NCBI RefSeq assembly: GCF_018977255.1
Contig: NW_024704742.1
Span: forward strand, 137,702,001-137,766,000
DNA from: Callorhinchus milii
Taxonomy: Eukaryota
Direction of reading: 5' to 3'
Length of the DNA: 64,000 nt
Both the position numbers and the translations under genes were made by a program. Numbering within the stretch: position 1 is the stretch's first letter; each line of letters begins with the position of its first letter. This document shows, in pieces, positions 1 through 11,400 of the stretch. A model generated the notes under the pieces. It was not told the DNA's origin and searched no databases. It worked only from the letters and a program-made list of their open reading frames with translations.

Positions 1-1366
1 GATCCGCACTGTAAGAAGGTGATGGAAAAGGTGCAATTTAGATTTACTGTGATGTCCCCAGGGATTTAGGGGTTTGAGTTACTAAAAGAGATTTGAGAGG
101 ATTTGGCTTTTTTTATGAAGCTGAGAAGGTTAGGAGTGACCTGATAGAGGTCACAAAAAGTCAAAGAGTCACAACAATAGATTTTTCCTCTCATCAGCCG
201 GTCAGCCACAAGAGGAATAAATCTAAAAACATCATTAAAAAAAAGGAAATTAGGAGGAGATTAGAAAGATTCTCTCTACACAGAGACGATGGGATTGTGG
301 AATCAGCTGCCACAAACGGAGTTGAGGCAAAGTCTGTCAATAATAATAATAATCCTTGCATTTGATATAGCACCTTATCACGTCTTCGAGACGTCTCAAA
401 GCACTTCACAGAATATACTGTAAAGTGAATTGACTGCATATTTTGTTGGCAAAACTCAGCAGCCTATTGTGCCCAGCAGTGATTCACAAACTGTCGGGGA
501 TTGAGTGACCAATTACTTATTACTCACGGAAAAGTGATCTGCCAATCAACTAACAAGCGGGTTCCTACTTACTGCGAGATAAACAGAGCGGTGTGGAGCA
601 AGGCAACTTGCACAACCTTTCACACTATCCGGAGTGCTCAAACCACTGAGCTACAGGAACCCACAGGCAAGTCTACCAAAGGCAATTGGATTGATGTTTG
701 AAGAGGAGAAATATTAAACGGTTTGGGGGTGGGACATAGAGTGATCGGGACAAAAGGTGTGACTGAGCAGCTTGTGAAAAATATAACACTTTTTAAAATG
801 GAATGAACGGGCGGATGGGCTAGTTTGTGCTATAAGAATACCGTAATTTTAACTGTCAGAAACTGGATGAGAATAAAGAGCTGCAGTGAGAACTAGCGCC
901 AGCACAGACACTTTGTTTGCGGTCAGCCGGGTGTCTGATAACAGAGGAAACTCATCACTGCGCTGAAGAGTCTTCAAACCAAACTACTCAGAATTCCACC
1001 TATATCTGGAAATGTCTGTGTGTCTGGAATGAGATGTGCACTTTGTCCCCAGAGGGACGTATCCTGCTCACCTCATCACAGACAGTATTCTGCGCAGGAT
1101 GGGAAGATCACCGATTCAACAACAAATTGTATAGCACCTTTCATGTCGGGAGGACATCAAGAGAGGGGTGAGGGGAAGGGACTGTGGGATGGAGTTCCAA
1201 AGGGTGAGGCAAACACTTACACTGTGGGGCTCAGTGAGTAACACAGTTCTGTTCAGTTTAGAGACGGGAATCTTATTTGCAGGAGATATCACATGACTGT
1301 AATTATTCCAGTAAAAGGTAAAGCAGTAATTAAAGCCAGTCAGGTTTCTGATTGGAAAGTACGTAC

Positions 1367-1418
1367 GGAAGGCAGAGGCTGACAGGACCAGGGTACAGAG
1401 CACAGCTCCCAGCATCAT
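1367..1418 (-). CDS. Leader (signal peptide) exon of a Siglec-15-like gene continuing left of the window
   Basis: ATG at 1418 reads [17 protein letters not shown] plus 1 nt, then the donor GTACGT (52 nt, phase 1). It is nearly identical to the leader exons of genes A, B and C. Confidence 0.8.
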
Positions 1419-1760
1419 CGTCCCTCACTCAGGACACACTCCTTCCCCGCGCACGTCTGCCTCGCACTGGCACAGATGGTCACCCTTCTCTTTCCTTCCT
1501 CCTCTCGTTCTGTGGTCACCACCAGAGCTCCACCCCACACATCCGCTTTGTTCTGATGCTCCGTCATGTTTCTCCCCAACACTAACCCGCCCTCACCCCC
1601 TGTCACAGTAACTGGGTGACTTTTAATCCTCTATTACATTTCACACCCTTTTTATATTCGCAGCGTTTACATGGGAACACAAGAATTTGCTGGCGAAGAC
1701 AAAGGTCCATCTTGTTTGCCTTCCACCATCCTGGCAGTCGCTTGACGTGTCATGTCCCAG
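1419..1760 (-). promoter_or_regulatory. Conserved 5'UTR/proximal promoter block upstream of each leader exon
   Basis: Nearly identical upstream of the leaders at 1418, 12042, 32453, 35639 and 53857. It contains a purine-rich GAGGAGGAAGGAAAG (ETS-like) stretch and a GATTAAAA TATA-like word. Function is inferred from position only. Confidence 0.4.
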
Positions 1761-1859
1761 TGTAGCCCAAGATATTATTTTTCTAGCAGAAGTCTAATTT
1801 GTTCTTGAAACAGACAAACCTCTTTGTTTCCAACTGTGTTAACTGTTTTTGTGAACCAT

Positions 1860-2109
1860 TAATCTGGTTGATCGTCGCGCAGGAAGCCGGGAGGAACTCG
1901 CTTCTCTTTTCCATCAGTGTCGAGGGATCTTTAATGTCAGGCAAACAGGTCCTTGGTTTAACGTCTCATCTGAAGGACGGCAACTCTGACGATGTACAGC
2001 TCCCCCTGGGCTGGAGCATCAGCCTGGACTCTGAGCACAATCCCGACATGGGCACGAACCCAGGCTTTAGACCCAGAGGTGAGAGTGTGACTGACTGAGC
2101 CAAACTGAC
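1860..2109 (-). mobile_element. Deu-domain (AmnSINE/SacSINE-like) tRNA-headed SINE
   Basis: GGTTTAACGTCTCATCTGAAGGACGGCA...CAGCCTGGA matches the Deu core as I recall it. Other copies lie at about 13860-14050, 16620-16800, 33085-33335, 36080-36330 and 55000-55190. Confidence 0.7.
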
Positions 2110-2499
2110 TTCCTGCGTTATGTTAAGGTCAGAGAAGTGGAGCTGCTGTCCATGTGATTTGTTGGTTTACGGCACAGAAGCCTTCCCCCCCTCTGCTGTC
2201 TGTGCTGGTGATCGCTCTTTACTGGGGCTCTATACGGCAGCTCTCTGTGTGTCTATGATTGTGTCTCTCTGTGTGTGTGAATGAATGTGTTCATCTTTCT
2301 CTATGTGTCTGTGTTTGTGTCTCTCTCCGTGTCTGTGTTTGCGTCACTCTCTGTGTGAGTGACTGTGTGTGTCTTTCGCTCTCTTTGTGTCTGTGAGTGA
2401 ATATGTCTCTCGCTATGACGTGAGTCTCTCTCTGTGTTGGTCTCTCACTCTGTGTGTGTGTGTGAGTGTGTCTCTCTGTATGTCTGTATATGGTGGAGG

Positions 2500-2960
2500 C
2501 CTTGAGAGCTCTGCAGCTCATGTCCTCTCCTGCACCTGGCGCTGTGACCCTGTCACCCCCACCCTCGCCCGGCGTCACTGGCTCCACTTCCCGCAGAGGA
2601 TAGAGTTCAAAATCCTCATCTTTGCCTTCAGGGCCCCCCACGGCCTCGCTCTTTCCTACCTCTGTGACCTGCTAACCCCATACCAATTTGCGCACTCCCT
2701 CCACACAGGAGGCTTCGGCCCACACCAGGTCTGCCCTCCTTCCCACCATCAGGAGTGGGCATTCAACCTCTCCGTCCCCATCCTTTGGAACTCTACCCAA
2801 CAGTCTCTCCACTGCGCTCCCACCCTCGCCTCTTTCCAGGTACGTCTCAAGATCCGCTGCTTCGACATTGCCTTCGGGAACTCTCCTACAGCAACAGCAC
2901 AACAACAAAATTACATTTCTTAAGCACTTTTCACGTCGCGAGGACGTCCCAAATTGCTGG
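2500..2960 (+). mobile_element. Degenerate L2 3' end
   Basis: LHWL..QRIEFKIL motif and the L2 3' tail; duplicated at about 36720-37170. Confidence 0.8.
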
Positions 2961-2999
2961 ACAGACAGAGTTACGGACCCGAACTGGGGGTTGGGGTTG

Positions 3000-4260
3000 G
3001 GGAGTGTGGAGGGCAGTGGGGGAAGCAGGGAGATCAAAAGAAATGTCGAAGGGGAGGGTTGAGTTGGGTCTTGAAGTTGGCAAGGGAGGGGGCGATGCGG
3101 AGGGACTGCGGGATAGAGTTCCAGTGGATGGGGTCAGAGTGGAAGATGTCCCGCCTGCCAATAGTGGCGCAGGTGAGGCGAGGAACATGATGCAGGGCAG
3201 AGCCCACTGAACAGAGGGAGTGAGCAGTATGGTAGGTGGTTAGAAAGTCACAGATGTGGGGGTGAGCAAGACCATGGAGGGTTTTAAATGTGAGGACCGG
3301 GGTCTTGAACTGTATCCTCTGGGTGATGGGAAGCCAGTGGTGTTAGGCGAGGATAAGATCATGGAGATTAGTGCGGGAGAGGATACAGGCTGCAGAGTTC
3401 TGGATGATCTGCGGCTTATGGAGGGAGGAGTTGGGGAGGCCGAGAAGCAATGGGTTTGCAAAGCCAAGCCACGATGTAATGAAAGCGGCCTGCGGGGTGA
3501 GACAGTGGCGGAGCCGGGCGATGTTGCAGAGGTGGGAAGCCAGAGCGGGTCGTGATGCATATGTGGGGTAGAAAGGAAAGTTTGGCTCAAACAAGACCCC
3601 GAGGTTCCGTGCTGCTCAGTGAGGTGGAGTGTGCAACCATGGATGGTGGTGCTGTCAGCGCCTGAGGTGAGGAGGTGCTGACGGGAGCCAATCGGGAGAG
3701 CCTCGGTCTTGTTGACGTTTAACTGAAGGAAGTTCGCTCTCATCCAGGACTTGATGTCTGACAGACATTCTGTCAGGACAGCAGTGGTCCTGGAGTTCAG
3801 GGTGGAGGCAGAGAGGTTCAGTTGGGTGTCATCTGCATACGTGTGGAAGTTGACCCCATGTCTGCGGATGATGTCACCGAGAGGGGGCATATAGATATTG
3901 AAGAGGAGGGAACCAAGGACAGAGCCCTGAGAAACACTGCACGAGACGGTGGGGATCCCAGAGGAGAAGCCGTTTGTGGAGATGAAGAGGAGGTGGTGTG
4001 AGAGGTACGATCTGAACCAGTCAAGGACAGAGCCATGAACGTTGAGGTGAGAGGAGGCAGTGGATGAGGACAGAAAGGTCGATGGTGTCGAAGGCAGCAG
4101 AGAGGTCAAGGAGGACGAGTAGACAGAGGGAGCCCTGGTCCCAGATAGACAGAGCGTCATTTGTCAGTTTGTCACTCCGACCCTCCTTGCCCTCCGCCAT
4201 CCCTGATCCCAATAACTCTCCTGCACGGATCTAAATGCCTGACTGTCCAACCTCTTGGGA
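3000..4260 (-). mobile_element. Degenerate L2 3' fragment (RT)
   Basis: VSQGSVLG and YADD motifs in ORF 3240-4160; duplicated at about 37200-38520. Confidence 0.85.
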
Positions 4261-4714
4261 TATCCTTCCAATGTGAACGGCGCTATACAAATCTAATGTT
4301 GTATTGTCATTTTGTATTGTAATAATCCTTCCCTGGATATAACGCATTATCACGTCTTTGAGACGTCTGAAATCTCTTCACAGAATATACTGTCAGGTGC
4401 ATTGCCTCTATATTTTGTCGGCAAAATGCGGCAGCGAATTGAACACATCAGTGCCAGTCGTGGATTGAGTGAACAACTTTTTTTTAAGGGATTATTACCT
4501 TCCTGAAAAGCGATCAACTTAAACAGAGGTGTGTGAAGTCAGGAAACTACCGATCATTTACCCTGTCCAGGAATTGAACCCAGATCCTCTCACTTGCGAG
4601 GCCAGAGCTCAAAGCTACAGGACCACTAAGCTACAGGACTCGATTATTGTACCACAGATTCACCCGCCTGCAGACACACTAACCCACACGACTGAGTGAT
4701 ACCTTCACAAGTAT

Positions 4715-4720
4715 TTTATT
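4715..4720 (-). terminator. Candidate poly(A) signal of gene A (AATAAA)
   Basis: AATAAA on the minus strand about 680 nt past the stop. It lies in a segment also conserved at 14474-14479 (gene B), 39244-39249 (gene C) and inverted at 54557-54562. Confidence 0.45.
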
Positions 4721-5396
4721 CAGTCATTTGGAAAACAGAATATTTACTAAGGAGCACAGGTTTAGTAGCAAAAGGAGTTCATGAGAGAGTCCCATTCAAT
4801 GTCTTGGAATCAACGATGTTCTTCAAGGTTGGAGGTTGGAGGTTCCAACAACCCATTGGAAAGGATGAGATTCCAGGAAGCCGCGAGGAGTTGATGAGAT
4901 GTGTGAAGTTGAAGGCACGGGATGAGCACAACCCCTGAATACACTGAGCGTTTCACAGTGGGTGAGAAGAACGGTGAGATCAGGATTCTCACTGCAGCGA
5001 TTGGAACAGAGGTAAGAAGTCATCTTTTCAAACACAGCTATTTAGAACATGGAAGGCTTTGACATGAGTGGCTGCTGGAGGTCATAACCTTCAACCTAAC
5101 AGCAACAACGTGCATTTATGCAGCGCCCTTCACATGGGGCAGCGTCAGAAGCAGAATGCTTCACAGTGGCGTAGCCTGACGCCAAGCCGGGGGGACAGAG
5201 GAGGTGACTGTGAACGTCGTCGAAGCAGCTCAATGCTATAATGGGAGGACTGCAGGCTGGCGCTTATTGCAAGGATGAGATCTTATAGGCCAAAAGGTCT
5301 CGATCATCAGAAGCTCTGCCTGACTTGAAGCTCTTGTGATCTTGTATGAGACACTTTCATGGCCACTGGAGACAGGCACAGGTGAGAGAGCGGGAA

Positions 5397-5446
5397 CTAT
5401 ACAGAGCTCCTTCTTTTCTTGGCCTCAGGATGGAGACGCCTTGAAT
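5397..5446 (-). CDS. Gene A terminal cytoplasmic exon (no Tyr motif)
   Basis: A polypyrimidine tract ending TCATAG precedes AT TCA AGG...GTA TAG, in frame after the phase-1 TM exon. The same exon occurs at 40008-39959. Confidence 0.7.
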
Positions 5447-8400
5447 CTATGAGTGAAGAAAAAGAATGAGATCATGTTTCAGCCAAACAAACACTGTTAT
5501 TGGGAGTCACGGGTTCCCATGTTCTCAAAGGCTCAACAGAATCGCAAAATTCCACCTCATCTCAGCCCTTGAGATGTTTTGCCCTCAAATATCGGATGGT
5601 CCAGACTAGGGGTAAATCCAACAACAACTTGTATTCACACAGGACACGTCTCAGAGCTCTTTATCGTGGCAAGGTTGGATGCCAAGCAAAAGGGGCAGCC
5701 AGAGGAGTGGGCTATGAGGAGACGAGACCTTCCCCATATTCATGTAGGTCTCAAGGTGGGATTTCTCCGAGGGTCCTGGCCAGCAATCCTCCAGATGAAT
5801 TGGTCGCCCACATCACTGCTGGGTGTGGGGGATTTGCTGCGCACTGACTGGCTGCAGCGTTTGCTGACAGAAACACAGTCACTACATCTGACAAAGCACA
5901 TTAGTTATAATAATGCTTCCATTGGATGCAGCGCCTCATCACATGGTTAGACATCTGAATACTCTTCACAGGATGTTTGTTACTGTGAAGTGTAGTGACT
6001 GTGCTTGTTTTGGAATAATAATAATTCTTGCATTTGATACAACGCCTTATCATGATTTCAGGATATCTCAAAGTGTTTCAGGAGATTTTACTGGAAAATA
6101 GTGACTGTGTATTGTGTTGTGTATTATAACCTCTGGAGTGGTGTTCAGTGGTTTTGTATTTAAGATACAAACAGCAAAGGATTGACAAACCTTGTGTTTT
6201 ACAGAGGAGAACGATCCCGATCACCAACAGAAAGAGACATTTAGCTGCTGGCATCAGCCACAGCATCACAGTGATGAAGCTGCCATCACTCTGTGGTCCA
6301 GGTGCGAGGATGTCTCGGGAGTCCCTGCCCTGTGTGTTCTCAGCTACACAGCGGTAAGTTCCCCTCAGCCTCGGGCCCCGGATCTCCCCCACGGTTTGAT
6401 GCTTGTCCGGTACATGTGTGACTGGCGTGTGGTTGGTGTTAATGGGCAGCGTGTTATGCTCGGGGTCGATCCATGTGATGTTGGCCGGTGGTTCCCCCTC
6501 AGCCGAGCACACAATGTCACCTCCGGCCACGAGGGACAGACTCAGGATGACGGCCGGAGCTTCAGGTATAAAGAAACACAGAGATATTCAAACCAAACAA
6601 CTGTCCCCATCGTGTCTGTGCTGGTGCTCACTCCCCCATTGGAGCTCTCTACTCAAACCCCATTCCCTGCTCTCTCCCCATCGTGTCTGTGCTGGTGCTC
6701 GCTCCCCCACTGGAGCTCTCTACTCTAACCACATTCCCTGACTGGAGCTCTCTACTCTAACCACATTCCCTGCTCTCTCCCCATCGTGTCTGTGCTGGTG
6801 CTCACTCCCCCACTGGAGCTCTCTACTCTAACCCCATTCCCTGCTCTCTCTCTCCCCATCGTGTCTGTGCTGGTGTTCGCTCCCCCACTGGAGCTCTCTA
6901 CTCAAACCCCATTCCCTGCTCTCTCCCCATCGTGTCTGTGCTGGTGCTCACTCCCCCACTGGAGCCCTCTACTCAAACCCCATTCCCTGCTCTCTCCCCA
7001 TCGTGTCTGTGCTGGTGCTCGCTCCCCCACTGGAGCTCTCTACTCTAACCACATTCCCTGCTCTCTCCCCATCGTGTCTGTGCTGGTGTTCGTTCCCCCA
7101 CTGGAGCTCTCTACTCTAATCCCTTCTCTTTTCTTGTACATGTTGTTCATAGTGTTCCGCTACAACCACTTTACAAAATATTTTTTTAATATTCGAGTCT
7201 ATTCGAGTCTCAGGGCCTCAGGACGTCTTTTTGTTGGGAAAGACGCTATGCAAATGTAATTTGTATCAATTGTATCAATGTAATTGATAAAATCTCAAGA
7301 GAGTTTTGTGTGAAGAAAATGCTTCAGCCCATTTGACCTCAAAGTTCCCAATCCCCCCCCCACCCCACTGTCGATGTTACAGCATCGACCTCTTTCTGTA
7401 ATAAGCCCCAGTGTCCGGCCTCAACCACCCTTCCTGGTAACTTCCTGTCATTAATTACCTTCTGGACAAAGAAATACTTCCGGGTATCTGTTCTTATTTT
7501 GACCATCACAACCCTGACCCTGTGCCCTCGTGACGTATCTGAGAGCAATGACGTATTTCTTATCAAATCCGTGAAGAAAATCAGTAACTTCTACACCGTG
7601 TGCTGTCGGGTAACTAAATATTGCTGTTCTGATGGCAGTGCAGTGTCTGGGATGGTAACCAGTCTGTCTTATTCCGACACTGATGGACCTGGTCGTGTGT
7701 TTAAGTTTTGCTTTACTCGGAGGGTAATCAGGGATTGGAACAGGTGGCCAGGAAGGGTGGCTGAGGCCAGGACACTGGGACTCATTTAAAAAGCAGTTGA
7801 TACTGTGATTGGGAGTGGGAGGGGCGGTGTTCTGTAAGGATAAGACCAGATGGACCTTCTTCATTCAGACCAATCCTGGACTTGTGAAAAACACATTATT
7901 TATTGTTGGGAAGCTTCCCGCTGCTTGTCCAGCGAGGATCACCCTGGGCTTTAGCTTGTAGGGTTAACAGGAGACAAGTGGGAAGAAACCCTGTCCCCAG
8001 TAACATACTAAAGTCTCCTCCTTTTGAAACCATGTTTCTTGTGCTAATTAACACATGAGGAACAGGGTAAGGAATGAGACAAACATCGTCTGTAGCATTG
8101 CGTCAGTGATGACCTGTTCATTCATCCTTTTCCGTGTCCCACAGAGACAAGAGATCTCTTACCAACAACCTGCAGCCGTGACATGTCCTGTGTCACCTGG
8201 TCCACAAAAAACATGACGTGTACGTGACAGAAATACCGTCCGGTGTCGTTTAACTCCAGGCCCCTGATCTTCAGGGAAGCGTCTCCATCTCCCACATTCC
8301 TGACCAGCTTGTAGCGATTTCCTTCATTCACTGTCTCTGACTCCCTGGAGTTGGTGTGGGCGGTGAGGCCAAGAGTGTAATTAAACACCAGCTGCCCATG

Positions 8401-11400
8401 TGGACTCCCTCTCCTCCAAAGCACTGTGACTGTGGCACGATTCTGGTATGTGTTGGGGATGGTGAAGGAGCAGGGCAGTGTGGCATCACCTCCCTTGGTA
8501 CCAGTCACTGACCGGAGCTTCTCTTCATGACCTGAGACAGGAACAGGATTGGAATAGTGCAGAGCAGTCAGTGTGACAGAGTACATGTTACACACTGTAA
8601 ATCCTGGATATGTTACCTGGTCTTCATGGCACCATCTCCCTCAGGCCTGTGCTCCTCACTCACCCTCTATGAGCCTATGTCCAACACAATGTCTCACACA
8701 CAAAACATGGTATTTTTATAGGACCAATAACATGATTACTGGCAAGTGTAGTGACTGTTTTGCAGCGAATTTACTCAGATGAAGGACCCCCAATGCTTAT
8801 GAAGGCTCTGGGATGCTGCCCTGCATGAGGAGTGCTGTATAAATGCACGTTATCGTTGTTGTTGAACAATCTAATTCAGATGGAGGTTTGGTGGTGTAAA
8901 GAAAATCCCTCCTCATGTTTTGGGGCAGTCGGTTTCCTGATACGTACAGATATCTGTCACCGTTGTTAAGAGTATCTAAACCAGAGAGAGACTTCCACAT
9001 ATATATCCACTCTGAGTATGTATTTCAGAGAGTATTATGTTTGGGGCAATTTGGAGTTCAACCAGCGAAAGCAGCATAATAATAATCATAATAATACCTG
9101 GATTTGATATCTCGCTATTGAGACATCTCAAAGCGCTTCACCAAATATACTGTCCAGTGAATTGACTGTACATCTTGTGGGAGAAATACACCAGTCAATT
9201 GTGCCAGCAGCGATCCAACAACCGTCATGGATTGAGAGAGCAAATTTTTAAAAAATTATTTTTGGAGAGATTTTTGCCCCCAGAGGTGATCCACCAATCG
9301 ACTAAACTACCGGCTTCCTACTTACTGCGAGGTAAACAGAGGCGTGTATAGCAAGGAAACTTGCTCAAGGTTTCTTCCTGCCCAGGAATCAAACCCAAGT
9401 CCTCTCGCTTGTGAGGCGAGTGCTCTAACCACTACACTACAGGACTCCACAGCACAGTTGGCCAGTGACGGCACTGTGTGGCAAGCTTCCTGCTGCTTGT
9501 GTAGATCTGTGGTGTTATTGAGCTGAGTGGGAATGGTCGCGCCCAGTGACTGGTCTGCCAATGAGGCTGATGCCAAATCAGCAGTGCCCTGGAGTACTGC
9601 GACCGCCTGGCTCAGGAACCAGACTAGAGACCCCCACAGAGGGTTGACTCCTGCCCGACGTCCTGTGGCCTTGTATGTCACTGTGGAGCCAGTCCCTGCT
9701 TTACACCGGCTTTTTTGTGGTGGGAGAAACATACAGGGCAGTTTGTGACCTGCCAGCCACCTTGATGTTCTCGAGATCCATTGCCGCGTCCCAGGCTTAC
9801 TGATCACCAGCTGCTGAATCCAGGTCCTCATGTGAGGGGCCTCGGCAAATAGACAACCCACAGTGAGGCCGCCTCAGCCTCCAGGTGCTCAGTGACAGGT
9901 CAGTGTACAGCACAGCCCTCCCTCCCTGCAGCCGCTCACTCACTGTCACCTGTCAGCTCCCTGCTACACACCGTCCATCACAGGGACCACTGGCTCTCTA
10001 TTGCCCGTCCTGGGACGGGACACTTCCCACTGACTCCGGCCCCAGTGAGGAACGTCACGTCTCATTCCCACTTCCCATCGTTCCTCACCTGTAACAATTA
10101 GACGGGTTCCGTGTCCAGTTTCAAACTTTCCGTCCTCACCCTGGAGCTCCACACAACAGGACCATAGCTTATTATTGTCCTCTCCCCTCAGTTGGTTTAT
10201 CTCTATTGTTGCGTCGTTCCTCCTCGGGTTCCCAATCACTCGGTGTCGTTCTCCCTCGTTTACATCAATGACATTTTGATACTTTCGCTGTGAATCCGGC
10301 CCATAATTTGTATATTTAATATACACAGGACCAGTCCTTCCTGCCTTCCACATGATGGTGATGTTCCCTGTGTATCTGGGGTGAGGGTGAGTGAACTTGC
10401 AGTACACGGTGACCGGTGACCCTAACCTGCCGGTCACTGTATCGGGGGTCTCCATCGTCCAGCCATTCCTACTGAGCCCTGTGAGGACACACATGGTGTA
10501 ATGTGAACCAGAACACAACATAAAAGCAAACAGGTAACACTGAGCTTGTACAAGAGCTTGGTTAGGTCACAGCGGGGAGTAATGTGGATAGTATTGCGAT
10601 CCCCACTGTAAGAAGGATAAAAAAGTGATGGAAAAGTTGCAGCTTAGATTCACTGCGATGTCCCCAGGGTTTAGCGGTTTAAGTTTGTAAAGGAGATTTG
10701 AAAGGTTGGGACTTTTTTAGCAAACTGAGAAGGTTAGGGGTGATCTGATAGCGGTCGCTAAACCTCAAAGAGTCACAAAAGATTTTCCTCTCATCAGCCA
10801 GTCAGTCACAAGAGGAATAAATCTAAAACAATCACAAAAAATTAACTAAGAGAGGGTTAGAAACCTTCACTTTACACAGAGAGGATGGGATTGTGGAATC
10901 CTCTGCCACAGACGGAGTTGAGGCAAAGTCCGTCAATAATAATAATGAGTCTTGCATTTCATACAGGTTTGATCACATCTTCGAGATGTCCCAAAGTGCA
11001 TCATAGAATACACTGTAAAGTGAATTGACAGTATATTTTGTGGGCGAAACGCATCAGCCAATTGCGCAGCTGTGTCTCACAAACAGTCGTGGATTGAACG
11101 ACATATTTATAATTTTTTTTGAAGGAATTATTCCCCACGAAAATGTGAACCGCCATTCAACTAACAACCAGGTTCCTACTTACTGCTAAGATAACAGAAG
11201 CGTGTGGTGAGAGGAAAATTGCCCAACTTATGCTAATCGAACCCAAGTCTTGCCTGCGAGGCGAGTGCTCTAACCACTGAGCTACAGGAATCCACAGTCA
11301 AGTCCATAAAAGGGAATTGTTGTTCGAAGTGTATTAAATTAAATGGTGTTGGGGGGAGGGAGAGTGAGCGAGACACAGGGTGGGACTGAGCATCATGTGA

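Noticed and set aside
917-1171. 84-aa ORF in three identical-length copies
   Set aside because: It has a non-ATG start, lies antisense in intron 1 and is deleted in gene B without consequence. It is retained only as an exon relic finding.
6603-7125. Ig switch-region-like GAGCT/G-rich repeats
   Set aside because: There is only one AGCT per 71-bp unit and no Ig constant genes or I-exons, so this is an ordinary minisatellite.
7499-7789. 96-aa ORF repeated at 41825 and 63766
   Set aside because: Both ends are CR1 ORF2 C-terminal remnants in opposite orientations, and it is broken in the gene B copy.
9322-9861. 179-aa ORF conserved in three copies (29859, 43660)
   Set aside because: It is intronic and partly SINE-derived, has indels between copies and no domain. 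The conservation reflects recent duplication.
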